Made by a program: the position numbers and the translations under genes. The notes below the pieces were generated by a model. The model was given only the letters and a program-made list of their open reading frames with translations, searched no databases and had not been told where the DNA came from. Positions 8,365 to 16,700 of a stretch of 32,000 nucleotides of DNA are shown in pieces. The stretch is from the NCBI GenBank assembly GCA_030606485.1, contig JAUWGH010000001.1, forward strand, positions 120,001 to 152,000, in the 5' to 3' direction. Numbering within the stretch: the stretch's first letter is position 1; each line of letters opens with the position of its first letter. This stretch comes from Promethearchaeota archaeon (GTDB lineage: Archaea; Asgardarchaeota; Lokiarchaeia; Sigyniarchaeales; SOKP01).

Positions 8365-9237
8365 ATGAGCATATTTGAAATCCTCAAACATAACATATCA
8401 TATGAGGACTTGATAATTGGAATAGGGTTAGGCGAAAAAAAAAATCAAAATATTAGAATTATTACAACTGCATTAAATTTTTCACTGAAAAATAGTGTAT
8501 GGATTTATTTATTTGGGGAAAAAAATGCTATAGGTGAAATTAAATCATATCAGCTTAATAATAGCCCACATCAATCAAAAATTAAATTAATTAGTAGTAT
8601 AGAACCAGAAAAAGAAATGATAACATATCTAATTAATAATAAGATAAATTCAATAGTAAGAGGGAGTTTTAAATCTTCTAAGTTTTTGAAATTACTTAAA
8701 GATTCATTAAAGGTTAAAAATATTTATAGACTCGCACTTCTCGAAACTGCAAATGGAGAGCAATTTTTCTATGGACCAGTTGGTATTGATGAATGTAACA
8801 CTTTCAAAAATAAACAAATTTTTATAGAAAAATCATTAAAAATATTTCGATATTTTGAAATTAAACCTAAAATATCCATTTTGAGCGGCGGTAGAATTGG
8901 AGATTTAGGTAGGAATAAATTGATCGACAAAACAATAGATGATGCTGAAAATTTAGTTAAATATTTCAATAGTCAGGAACCAAACATTGAAATCTTTCAC
9001 GACCATATTTTAATTGAAAATAGTATCAAAAATGGAGCAAATTTAATTCTAGCACCAAATGGGATAAGTGGTAATTTAATCTATAGAACATTAATCCATT
9101 TAGGCAATGGAAAATCATATGGGGCTTTTTATTTAGATACTAAATATTCTATTATTGATACTTCTAGAGTAGCACCAGAAAATGAATTAAATGGGGCTTT
9201 TTTTTTAGCATCATCAATTTCTGCGGTGGAAAAATAG
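8365..9237 (+). CDS. mtxX: MtxX / methanogenesis marker 4-like protein (phosphate acetyl/butyryl-transferase-like fold)
   Basis: IVRGSF, RLALLETANGEQFFYGPVGIDEC, ILSGGRIGDLGR, APNGISGNLIYRTLIHLG, IIDTSR. Confidence 0.78.
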   Translation: MSIFEILKHNISYEDLIIGIGLGEKKNQNIRIITTALNFSLKNSVWIYLFGEKNAIGEIKSYQLNNSPHQSKIKLISSIEPEKEMITYLINNKINSIVRGSFKSSKFLKLLKDSLKVKNIYRLALLETANGEQFFYGPVGIDECNTFKNKQIFIEKSLKIFRYFEIKPKISILSGGRIGDLGRNKLIDKTIDDAENLVKYFNSQEPNIEIFHDHILIENSIKNGANLILAPNGISGNLIYRTLIHLGNGKSYGAFYLDTKYSIIDTSRVAPENELNGAFFLASSISAVEK

Positions 9238-9286
9238 AAGAATTAATTTAAAAATAAAAAATAACGAATTACTAATGTTTTATTGT

Positions 9287-10272
9287 TTAAGTTGAAGTGT
9301 TACTTAAGATATTAACCAATTTTTTAAACTTTGAACTTTTAAATGAATCAAAAATCGAATTCAACATATTGTTCTCCTTATTATTTGTTATTATCATCAA
9401 AACAGCCTTATCAGAGATCTCTTTAACTAAAACATAATTTTCTTCAGATTCATAAATAATTAGTGATAATTCTAATGGAGATATGGACGTTTTATTCTCA
9501 ATTTGGTATATTTTCTGATAAATCTGATATAAGTTAGAATCTAATGTACCAATCTCAAATTTAATATATTCTAATGGCTCTAAACTAAATTTACCAAATG
9601 TTGATGATATTAATAATCCATCTGGCCTATTAAAAACCAAATAATTTGCCTGCGTATCTGATTTTAAACTATCCAAAATTGCTCTTATACCAGCTAATTT
9701 TTGAATAGATATTGTAGATTTTTGAATTTCGAAATCTAATATTTCAATCAATCTATGCTGTGCGCTCCCTTCTTTTACAGAAACTGGTGTGAAAGCACAT
9801 TTTTTTCTATATTCAGAGTCGAGATTTTCTGTCAATAGTTCAAAAATATCATCCTCTATTGATTCCTCTAAATCAATTTTGTTTAGAAGAACATAAATCT
9901 TATCTAATTTAGGTGTATATTGTATTATTGCTTCAAGAAATTTATCAAATGTCTCTCTTACAAACCGTTCGTTTCGTGTTGCATCTACCATAAAAACCGC
10001 AACGTCTACATCGCCAAAAATAATGGGTCTTTGTTTTTCTGAAAAATAACGCTCAAGGTATTGTTTTTGTCCTCCCATATCCCATACTGATATCTCCAAT
10101 AACCCCCTAAATATGAAATTTTCGCGACTTATACCGCGCGTAGGTTTAAGATTTATAACTTTCATGAAATTATAACCCAAGCACGTTGTTCTCATTAAAG
10201 ATGTTTTCCCAGCATTTTCTGGTCCAAATAAAATTGTTTTGATGATTTTTTCACTCCCTTTTATTTTTTCAT
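9287..10272 (-). CDS. Rag/Gtr1-like small GTPase with a C-terminal roadblock-like domain; start unresolved (track ORF 9287..10195 lacks the P-loop)
   Basis: G1 GPENAGKT at 10202-10225 lies upstream of the track ATG. G2 is KPTRG, G3 WDMGGQ, G4 NKID and G5 SVK. The C-terminal region YLVFNRPDGLLISS...VLVKEISDKAVLMIIT has a roadblock-like beta/alpha pattern. Confidence 0.85.
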
Positions 10273-10441
10273 CGATAATTTTTAAGATCTAATATCTTAA
10301 GTATGGAATATCCAAAAAATTTTGATTGTATATTTTGATTAAAATATTGATTATATTATATTTTTGTAATTCTATAAATTTAAGTTTTTTATTAGCTTGA
10401 ATATAAATTAATATAAGTTAAATCAATTAGAGGAAACTTAA

Positions 10442-10996
10442 ATGAGTTTTTCGGAAAAAGAGTTAGAAGAAAAAATATTAAAAAAAATACGTAATGTTCC
10501 AAATTTTCCTCAGAGAGGAATTCAATTTAAAGATATTTCAACCCTAGTAAAGGATGTGGATGGTCTAAAAGACTCAGTTAATTTTTTATATGAAAAATAT
10601 AGAGATAAAGGAATTACAAAAGTTGCTGCAATTGAAGCGCGAGGATATATTTTTGGTGGTGCTCTTGCCATAAAAATGGACGCCGGATTTGTAATGATGA
10701 GAAAGCCGGGAAAATTGCCTTATAAAACGCTATCTGAAACCTATGAATTGGAATATGGAACTGACTCTATAGAGATGCATGTTGATGGAATTGAAAAAGG
10801 AGATAAAGTTTTAATATTTGATGATTTATTGGCAACTGGGGGAACTGCAAAAGCTGCATGTAATTTAGTCGAAAGAGCAGGCGGTAAAGTGGCTGGTGTT
10901 GGATTTGTTATTGAATTAACTGGGAGCCTTCATGGTAGAGATAAATTGGTAGGATACGATGTTTTTTCCTTAGTAAAAATCCCAGTGGAAGAATAA
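10442..10996 (+). CDS. apt: Adenine phosphoribosyltransferase
   Basis: IRNVPNFP, FKDIS, EARGYIFG, RKPGKLP, YELEYG, DDLLATGGT. Confidence 0.95.
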   Translation: MSFSEKELEEKILKKIRNVPNFPQRGIQFKDISTLVKDVDGLKDSVNFLYEKYRDKGITKVAAIEARGYIFGGALAIKMDAGFVMMRKPGKLPYKTLSETYELEYGTDSIEMHVDGIEKGDKVLIFDDLLATGGTAKAACNLVERAGGKVAGVGFVIELTGSLHGRDKLVGYDVFSLVKIPVEE

Positions 10997-11027
10997 AAAA
11001 AAAGTAATATAAATTTCTTAATTTTTT
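10995..11027. terminator. Bidirectional oligo-T terminator candidate between the convergent apt and mtnP genes
   Basis: A9 at 10995-11003 (T9 on the minus strand) and T6 at 11022-11027 on the plus strand. Confidence 0.45.
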
Positions 11028-11032
11028 ACATA

Positions 11033-11902
11033 TTAGATAATTGCACCTTTCATTGAATCCTTACATTTACAAATTCTATCCTTTGGTATTTTAGGAATTG
11101 CTATGTCGAGAATTTTTGTTAAATTAATTGCATTTTTTTCCATTGTTGCTAAGATTTCCTCGATGCTAACTGAATATTTTTTGATTGGACCACCGCAACT
11201 TGGACATTTAGCTCCAACTTCAACAATTCCACACCGATCACATTCAGCTGCCCATACATCAAGATCAGTAACCATTGCAATTGTACTGTAGCAGACTTCG
11301 GCTTCTGCTGCCAAAACCACTTCTGGGTAGCATGTCATTCCAATCACGTCACCACCCCAAATTCGAAACATACGTGATTCTGCAATAGTGGAAAATCTTG
11401 GTCCTTCGATACAAACATAAGCCCCGTTTCGATATATGTTCAAGCCAGGAATTTCTTTGCCTGCATTATAAAAAATTTCATTCATTTCGGGACAGAATGG
11501 TTCAGCTTGGCTCATATGGCAGATCTGACCGCCTTCATAAAAAGTATCTAACCTCTTTTTAGTCCGGTCTATGTACTGATCAACTATTACAAAATCTCCT
11601 TTGTCGTATTCCTTCACTAAAGAACCTACTGCACTCGGAGATATGATTCGCTTTACACCTAATTCTTTAGCTAATGCCCAAATATTCGCCCTTGTATTAA
11701 GATTATGTGGAGTTATAACATGACCACGACCATGTCTTGGTATAAATGCTAATTTTCTACCTTTATAAAAGCCAACCGAAATAAGATCAGATGACATTCC
11801 ATATGGAGTATAAACTTTTACGTCTTCGGCGTCTTCAAGCTCTAAATCAGAACCAGTCCCACCAATTATCCCAATTTCTACATTTTCTTCTGAATATTTC
11901 AT
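11033..11902 (-). CDS. mtnP: S-methyl-5'-thioadenosine phosphorylase (MTAP/PNP family) with a Cys4 insertion
   Basis: GIIGGTG, TPYG, FIPRHG, SAVGSL, DQYIDRT, EGPRFST.AES, VIGMT, MVTDLD. Confidence 0.92.
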   Translation of the reverse strand: MKYSEENVEIGIIGGTGSDLELEDAEDVKVYTPYGMSSDLISVGFYKGRKLAFIPRHGRGHVITPHNLNTRANIWALAKELGVKRIISPSAVGSLVKEYDKGDFVIVDQYIDRTKKRLDTFYEGGQICHMSQAEPFCPEMNEIFYNAGKEIPGLNIYRNGAYVCIEGPRFSTIAESRMFRIWGGDVIGMTCYPEVVLAAEAEVCYSTIAMVTDLDVWAAECDRCGIVEVGAKCPSCGGPIKKYSVSIEEILATMEKNAINLTKILDIAIPKIPKDRICKCKDSMKGAII

Positions 11903-12070
11903 TTTAACATCAATTCATTGCTAATTTTAACTTAAGTTTAAATTCTTATTGTATTGTTAATTTATAATCATAAACCTTTTTGATTTTTGTTATTTGGTTA
12001 ACAACTACTTACAATAATTTTTTTTCATTTATATTACCATAATAAAGGATGGGAAGAGAATAATACTACA

Positions 12071-13372
12071 ATGGTTAAAATAAGGTTTCTTGGGGGATGT
12101 AGGGAAATTGGAGCATCTAGTATATTAATTCAATCTGAAGAAACAGGAAATAACTTACTCCTTGATTACGGAATACGGTTACAAGGAAATGGCAATATTT
12201 TACCTTTAAGTGTTGATGGGATTGAAATATCGGCAATTGCATTAACCCACTGTCATATTGACCATTCAGGAAACCTTCCAAGCTTATATAAAAATCGCCA
12301 GATTCCGTTATTTACAAATGAATTAACTTTTAGGATAATTGAGGTATTAATTCGCGATACACTCAAAATTTCTAAATTTAAAATAAAATACTCAAATCAA
12401 GAACTTAATAAAATGGGTATTTCGTGTTATTTTCTTGAATATGGAACAAGACAGAGGATTGAAAATAATTTTTATATAACTTTAAAAGATGCTGGTCATG
12501 TGCCCGGTTCTTGTTCTATTTTAGTGGAAGTTGATGGAAAAAAAATCTTATACACCGGGGATATTAACACACAAAAAACTAGACTTGTAAATAGTATTGA
12601 TGTTCATGATTTTCCGGAATTAGATGCATTAATCATAGAATCAACATATGCTTTAAGAGATCATCGACCAAGAGATGAGATCGAAAAGGAGTTTATTGAA
12701 AATGTAAATATAATTGTAGAGGATAAGGGACGTGTGCTAGTTCCCGCTTTTGGTGTAGCTAGATCTCAAGAGGTTCTAAGTGTCCTTTATCATTATGGAT
12801 ATCGTGGATCTCTTTTTCTAGATGGAATGGCAAGGAAAATCTCTGAGATCTATTTTGATTACGCTGAATTTTTAAGAAATCCAAGAGAATTTCGAAGGGC
12901 TATAAATAATGCAACCTTTATTTTAAATTCCCGATTAAAAAGAGACAGAAAGATTGCAAAAACTACACCCGGAATAATAATTAGTCCCTCAGGAATGTTA
13001 CAGGGAGGTCCTGCTAGAAATTATGCAAGATCAATTGTTCTCGAGAAAAATTCCGCTATTTATTCAGTTGGATATCAAGTTGAAAATACTGCAGGAAGAA
13101 TTTTACTTGATGATAATTTATTTTTTAAGTCTAAAAATGACCCAAACGGTATTGACGCTGTTTGCGACATTAAAAATTTTGACTTTTCAAGTCACGCCGG
13201 AAGTTTAGATTTATTAAAATTCGTTGATAATTTAAAATTCAATGAGGATTCAGAAAAAAATATATTTTGCATCCATGGAAGTGCTGAATCTTGCACTACT
13301 TTTGCAAAAAATCTCAATAGAAAAGGCTATTCAGCCATTTCTCCAGAAATTGGAGATGTTTTTACAATTTAA
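12071..13372 (+). CDS. MBL-fold beta-CASP ribonuclease (aCPSF2-like)
   Basis: FLGGCREIG, LLDYG, THCHIDHSG, AGHVPGS, YTGD, IESTY, PAFGVARSQE, SGMLQGG, FSSHAG, IHG. Confidence 0.88.
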   Translation: MVKIRFLGGCREIGASSILIQSEETGNNLLLDYGIRLQGNGNILPLSVDGIEISAIALTHCHIDHSGNLPSLYKNRQIPLFTNELTFRIIEVLIRDTLKISKFKIKYSNQELNKMGISCYFLEYGTRQRIENNFYITLKDAGHVPGSCSILVEVDGKKILYTGDINTQKTRLVNSIDVHDFPELDALIIESTYALRDHRPRDEIEKEFIENVNIIVEDKGRVLVPAFGVARSQEVLSVLYHYGYRGSLFLDGMARKISEIYFDYAEFLRNPREFRRAINNATFILNSRLKRDRKIAKTTPGIIISPSGMLQGGPARNYARSIVLEKNSAIYSVGYQVENTAGRILLDDNLFFKSKNDPNGIDAVCDIKNFDFSSHAGSLDLLKFVDNLKFNEDSEKNIFCIHGSAESCTTFAKNLNRKGYSAISPEIGDVFTI

Positions 13373-13433
13373 ATATTTTGCTTTATATCCTAGAATTTTA
13401 ACTTCCACATAATTGTTTTAAAAATTTTTTGTT

Positions 13434-14159
13434 TTATTTTTCTCTTAAACTGTCAAAAATTTGCTGATATGCCTTATTAACGCCTTTTAAATACATCTCT
13501 AGGGATATAAGTTCGCGACTGATTGCATTTATGGTTTTAGGAGATATCTTGCCATCAACAATGAGTTGACGACCTGCTTCTTTTGCTGCTTTAAAGATAT
13601 CATCCATTTGCACGCCCATTTTCATCATAATCCTCAATCCAGCTCCATGGGAACGTAATAATGCCCCAGCAAATTCCCTATTGGAATTCTTGGTAAATGC
13701 CTTAATATGTAAAAGCATCGGGTCGAAATTATCTAATTCGAAATGACCACAGGTTGAAACCAGCACAACCTTACCTTGTTTGAATCCCTCATGTAGAGGA
13801 TGGCGACAGTGTCCATTCCGTAGCTCTACGAATGGTTTTGCTACTGATATCATTCTTTCCCACAAGTTCAGCATCGATCCGGAAATTCCATCACAATGGA
13901 CAGGAGTAGCAAATACCCAGATGTCCGAACTACCTAGTTTGGGTAGAAGCATTTGCATATCATCCTGCTGGAAGCATTTACCTGGTGTTTTGAGCCAACA
14001 GTTAAACTGCCCAAGGCATGGTTTAATATCTAGCTTCTTTGTGTAGAATAATTCAATCTGTGCTCCCGCTTCCTTCATTCCCTCAAGAAAGGGAGTGAGA
14101 ATCATAGCAGTACTACCCTTACCCATATTCGGACTACTATTTATAGCTATAACTTTCAT
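13434..14159 (-). CDS. Flavodoxin-like / iron-sulfur flavoprotein (NADPH-dependent FMN reductase family)
   Basis: INSSP...GST, IKPCLGQFNCWLKTPGKC, DDM, ATPVH, VLVSTCG. Confidence 0.85.
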   Translation of the reverse strand: MKVIAINSSPNMGKGSTAMILTPFLEGMKEAGAQIELFYTKKLDIKPCLGQFNCWLKTPGKCFQQDDMQMLLPKLGSSDIWVFATPVHCDGISGSMLNLWERMISVAKPFVELRNGHCRHPLHEGFKQGKVVLVSTCGHFELDNFDPMLLHIKAFTKNSNREFAGALLRSHGAGLRIMMKMGVQMDDIFKAAKEAGRQLIVDGKISPKTINAISRELISLEMYLKGVNKAYQQIFDSLREK

Positions 14160-14170
14160 TTTCTCTTCAT

Positions 14171-14176
14171 TCCTCC
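14171..14176 (-). promoter_or_regulatory. Shine-Dalgarno GGAGGA upstream of the flavoprotein gene
   Basis: tcctcc on the plus strand, 11 nt upstream of ATG14159. Confidence 0.45.
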
Positions 14177-14501
14177 ATATTTAAAAGATATATCAAGAGA
14201 ATAATTTCTTTTAATAAGAGAAATTTTTTGAGCATTTAATTTTTTTTAGAAATAAATAAAGGAAAAATAGTTAGAAGAAAAACTATTAAATATTTTTAAT
14301 ATACTTTTTTAGGCTTTATTTAATTTTATATGAGGAGAATTTCTTCTTGTTTTATTATATTACATTTTATTTTGTTAGTATTACATTATAGATTTAAGTA
14401 ATAAGGTAAATTTGATAAATAAAAATTTAAATATCATATAATCATTTTATTTTATTAGTTGAAGCTAAAAGCTTTCTAAAAAATATAAAATATCTTTATT
14501 A

Positions 14502-15071
14502 GTGAATAAAATGGAATTATTTCCAGAACTTAGATTAGACTGGCTTAACGGATGGATCTTTGTAGTGATATCCTACTTAATTCTTGGTTTGTTGATTTTA
14601 TCTTGCCCTAGAGAAGTAATTGCAAGGCTTTATGATGAGAAAGGTTGGACAAAGTCACAAAAAATATTAGCGAAGATCTCGAAAATTTTTGCCCTTTTGA
14701 ATTTAATTTTGATGATTTTTACCCCAATAAATTTTTTATCAATTGATTTCATAATTGGTTTAGTAATCTTCTCACTGGGAACTGTTGGATTTATTATAGC
14801 AATTTTTAATTTTAAAAATACTCCACTTGACAAACCAATTACTATGGGAATATATAAGATATCACGAAATCCTCAGCAGCTTATGTTATATCTTGCAACT
14901 CTTGGAGGCTCTATACTTATAGGTTCAGGAATTGCGATAATATCATTTGTATTTTATGCAATATTTTCACATTTTAGAATTTTGGGTGAGGAAAGAAGGT
15001 TATTAGAACAATACGGCGAATCATATAAAGAATATAAGAATAAAGTGCCACGATATTTCTTATTTTTCTAA
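14502..15071 (+). CDS. Isoprenylcysteine carboxyl methyltransferase / PEMT family membrane methyltransferase
   Basis: TM segments, GIYKISRNP, C-terminal EERRLLEQYGESYKEYKNKVPRY. The start is GTG14502 or ATG14511. Confidence 0.82.
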   Translation: MNKMELFPELRLDWLNGWIFVVISYLILGLLILSCPREVIARLYDEKGWTKSQKILAKISKIFALLNLILMIFTPINFLSIDFIIGLVIFSLGTVGFIIAIFNFKNTPLDKPITMGIYKISRNPQQLMLYLATLGGSILIGSGIAIISFVFYAIFSHFRILGEERRLLEQYGESYKEYKNKVPRYFLFF

Positions 15072-15146
15072 ATATATACCTGAATTATTATAATCCGGAA
15101 TTCAATAATTGCTTTTCCCTTAAGAAAAAAGATATTCTAAAAAAGA

Positions 15147-16643
15147 TTAAAAAGAAATTTTATGTTTTAATTGTTTCTTTATGATTTTATCGCATATTAG
15201 TAAAAATTCATCAATTTTTTCCTTTTTAATTTTAGTGCCAGCAGCGGGGGGGTGCCCACCCCCTAAAACCTCAAGTTTCATTAATCTTGTTGCTTCCTTT
15301 ATTACTTGTGAAAGATTTACACCATCATTTACTAAATCTATTGTTGCTCTTGCTGAAACTTTATAGAAATCCTCACCAATCTTATCTGCATAACCAAGAA
15401 TCGGCTTTGTTCTATCTATTAATTGAGAATTTATTAACATGGAACAAATAGTTCCAATAATTTCTTCCGGTATTATATCTTCTCCATAAAAATAATGAAT
15501 ATTATCCATACTCTTTAACTTTGTTTCAGACAATACCCACTCTATACTTTTAGATAATTTACTTTTGTAATTTTTTAAAATTTTTCTAACCTTTTCTATA
15601 CTCTTATCTCTATCCCCCATAGCGATGGCAATACCCAAGGAAGCATTCCCTGTTCTTCCACAGGAGTTGAGAAGACGGGAGAATTCACTTGTTTCTGAAA
15701 TCTCTGGATAGTTTATCTCATCTAAAAGAAGATATTTATTGATAATTAATTTTTTAGTTATTTCCGCTGGATCCAATCCACAGGTATCCACAGCATACTT
15801 AACTATTGCTGAAGAAATAATTCTTTTCTCGTCCCAACTAAAATCATTAAGTGTCTCCCCTGGCAAAACAAAGACTCCTGTTTTTTGGAGAAATTTTAAA
15901 GAGACATCTTCACGTTGAGATAATCCTGGAAGTTGAATCTCATTAGAATATGCAATGGCTTGATGTAATGGTTTAAAGCTCGAGAAATTTAAATCGGCTT
16001 TTACTTCGATTTTTTTTTCTTTTAATGCATCGTTTAAAATTTCAGAATTTAAACCCACAAAAGTATTATTTGGTCCTTGGTCTTGTATATCTCCTGTTGC
16101 AGCAATTATTGCCAGGGGAGATAAATCAATATTAGCAGGATTCATAGTTCTAGAGAAAAGATAACATATACCTGCCGCTGCAACATCTACACTTCCGTCT
16201 ATTTCAAAAAAATACGGATTTATATGGAATGGAAAATGTCTTTCTTTTAAATCCTTCAATTCTTTTTTCATTTCTTTATTTGCAATTTTTTGCGGCAGAT
16301 GATGATCTAAAATCATATATTGACCTTTTTTAATGTTATTTTCGATTTCTTGACATTGTCCGCTTCCAAAATCAGAAAAAATCACAAAATTATTAGATTT
16401 CTCAATAGATATTGCTATCTCTTGGATATTTTGTCTATCTAATTGCTTTTTGATGGTAAGGTGATATGGAATTTTTTCTCGAAATAACATAACGGAAAGG
16501 ATCGCACCAGAACATAATCCATCGGCGTCATAATGAGTAAAAATTCTAATTGGAAAATTAAACTCATCAATTTTCTCGTTAAAAAATTTTATACTATTGC
16601 CGATATAATCATAAAATTCTTTTTTTTGGTTTAAATCACTCAT
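15147..16643 (-). CDS. DHH-family phosphoesterase, archaeal RecJ/GAN (Cdc45-like) nuclease
   Basis: THYDADG, SDFGSG, LDHH, HINP, ATGDIQD, LLNSCGR, VSARA, DHHA1 motif GGGHPPAAG; 498 aa. Confidence 0.9.
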   Translation of the reverse strand: MSDLNQKKEFYDYIGNSIKFFNEKIDEFNFPIRIFTHYDADGLCSGAILSVMLFREKIPYHLTIKKQLDRQNIQEIAISIEKSNNFVIFSDFGSGQCQEIENNIKKGQYMILDHHLPQKIANKEMKKELKDLKERHFPFHINPYFFEIDGSVDVAAAGICYLFSRTMNPANIDLSPLAIIAATGDIQDQGPNNTFVGLNSEILNDALKEKKIEVKADLNFSSFKPLHQAIAYSNEIQLPGLSQREDVSLKFLQKTGVFVLPGETLNDFSWDEKRIISSAIVKYAVDTCGLDPAEITKKLIINKYLLLDEINYPEISETSEFSRLLNSCGRTGNASLGIAIAMGDRDKSIEKVRKILKNYKSKLSKSIEWVLSETKLKSMDNIHYFYGEDIIPEEIIGTICSMLINSQLIDRTKPILGYADKIGEDFYKVSARATIDLVNDGVNLSQVIKEATRLMKLEVLGGGHPPAAGTKIKKEKIDEFLLICDKIIKKQLKHKISF

Positions 16644-16700
16644 CTTTAATAATATATAACTAAATATTTTAATAATATTAACGCCTTATCAAATTGAATA

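Noticed and set aside
7253-15071. Apparent eukaryote-like CAAX-processing set (Rce1-like CPBP protease, ICMT-family methyltransferase, small GTPase)
   Set aside because: Both enzyme families are widespread in prokaryotes without prenylation, the genes are not adjacent, no prenyltransferase is present, and the GTPase ends in ILSNTST with no CaaX box.
15246-15263. GC-rich hairpin GGGGGT-GCCC-ACCCCC standing out in AT-rich DNA
   Set aside because: It is fully explained by the codons for the conserved GGGHPP motif of the DHH nuclease.
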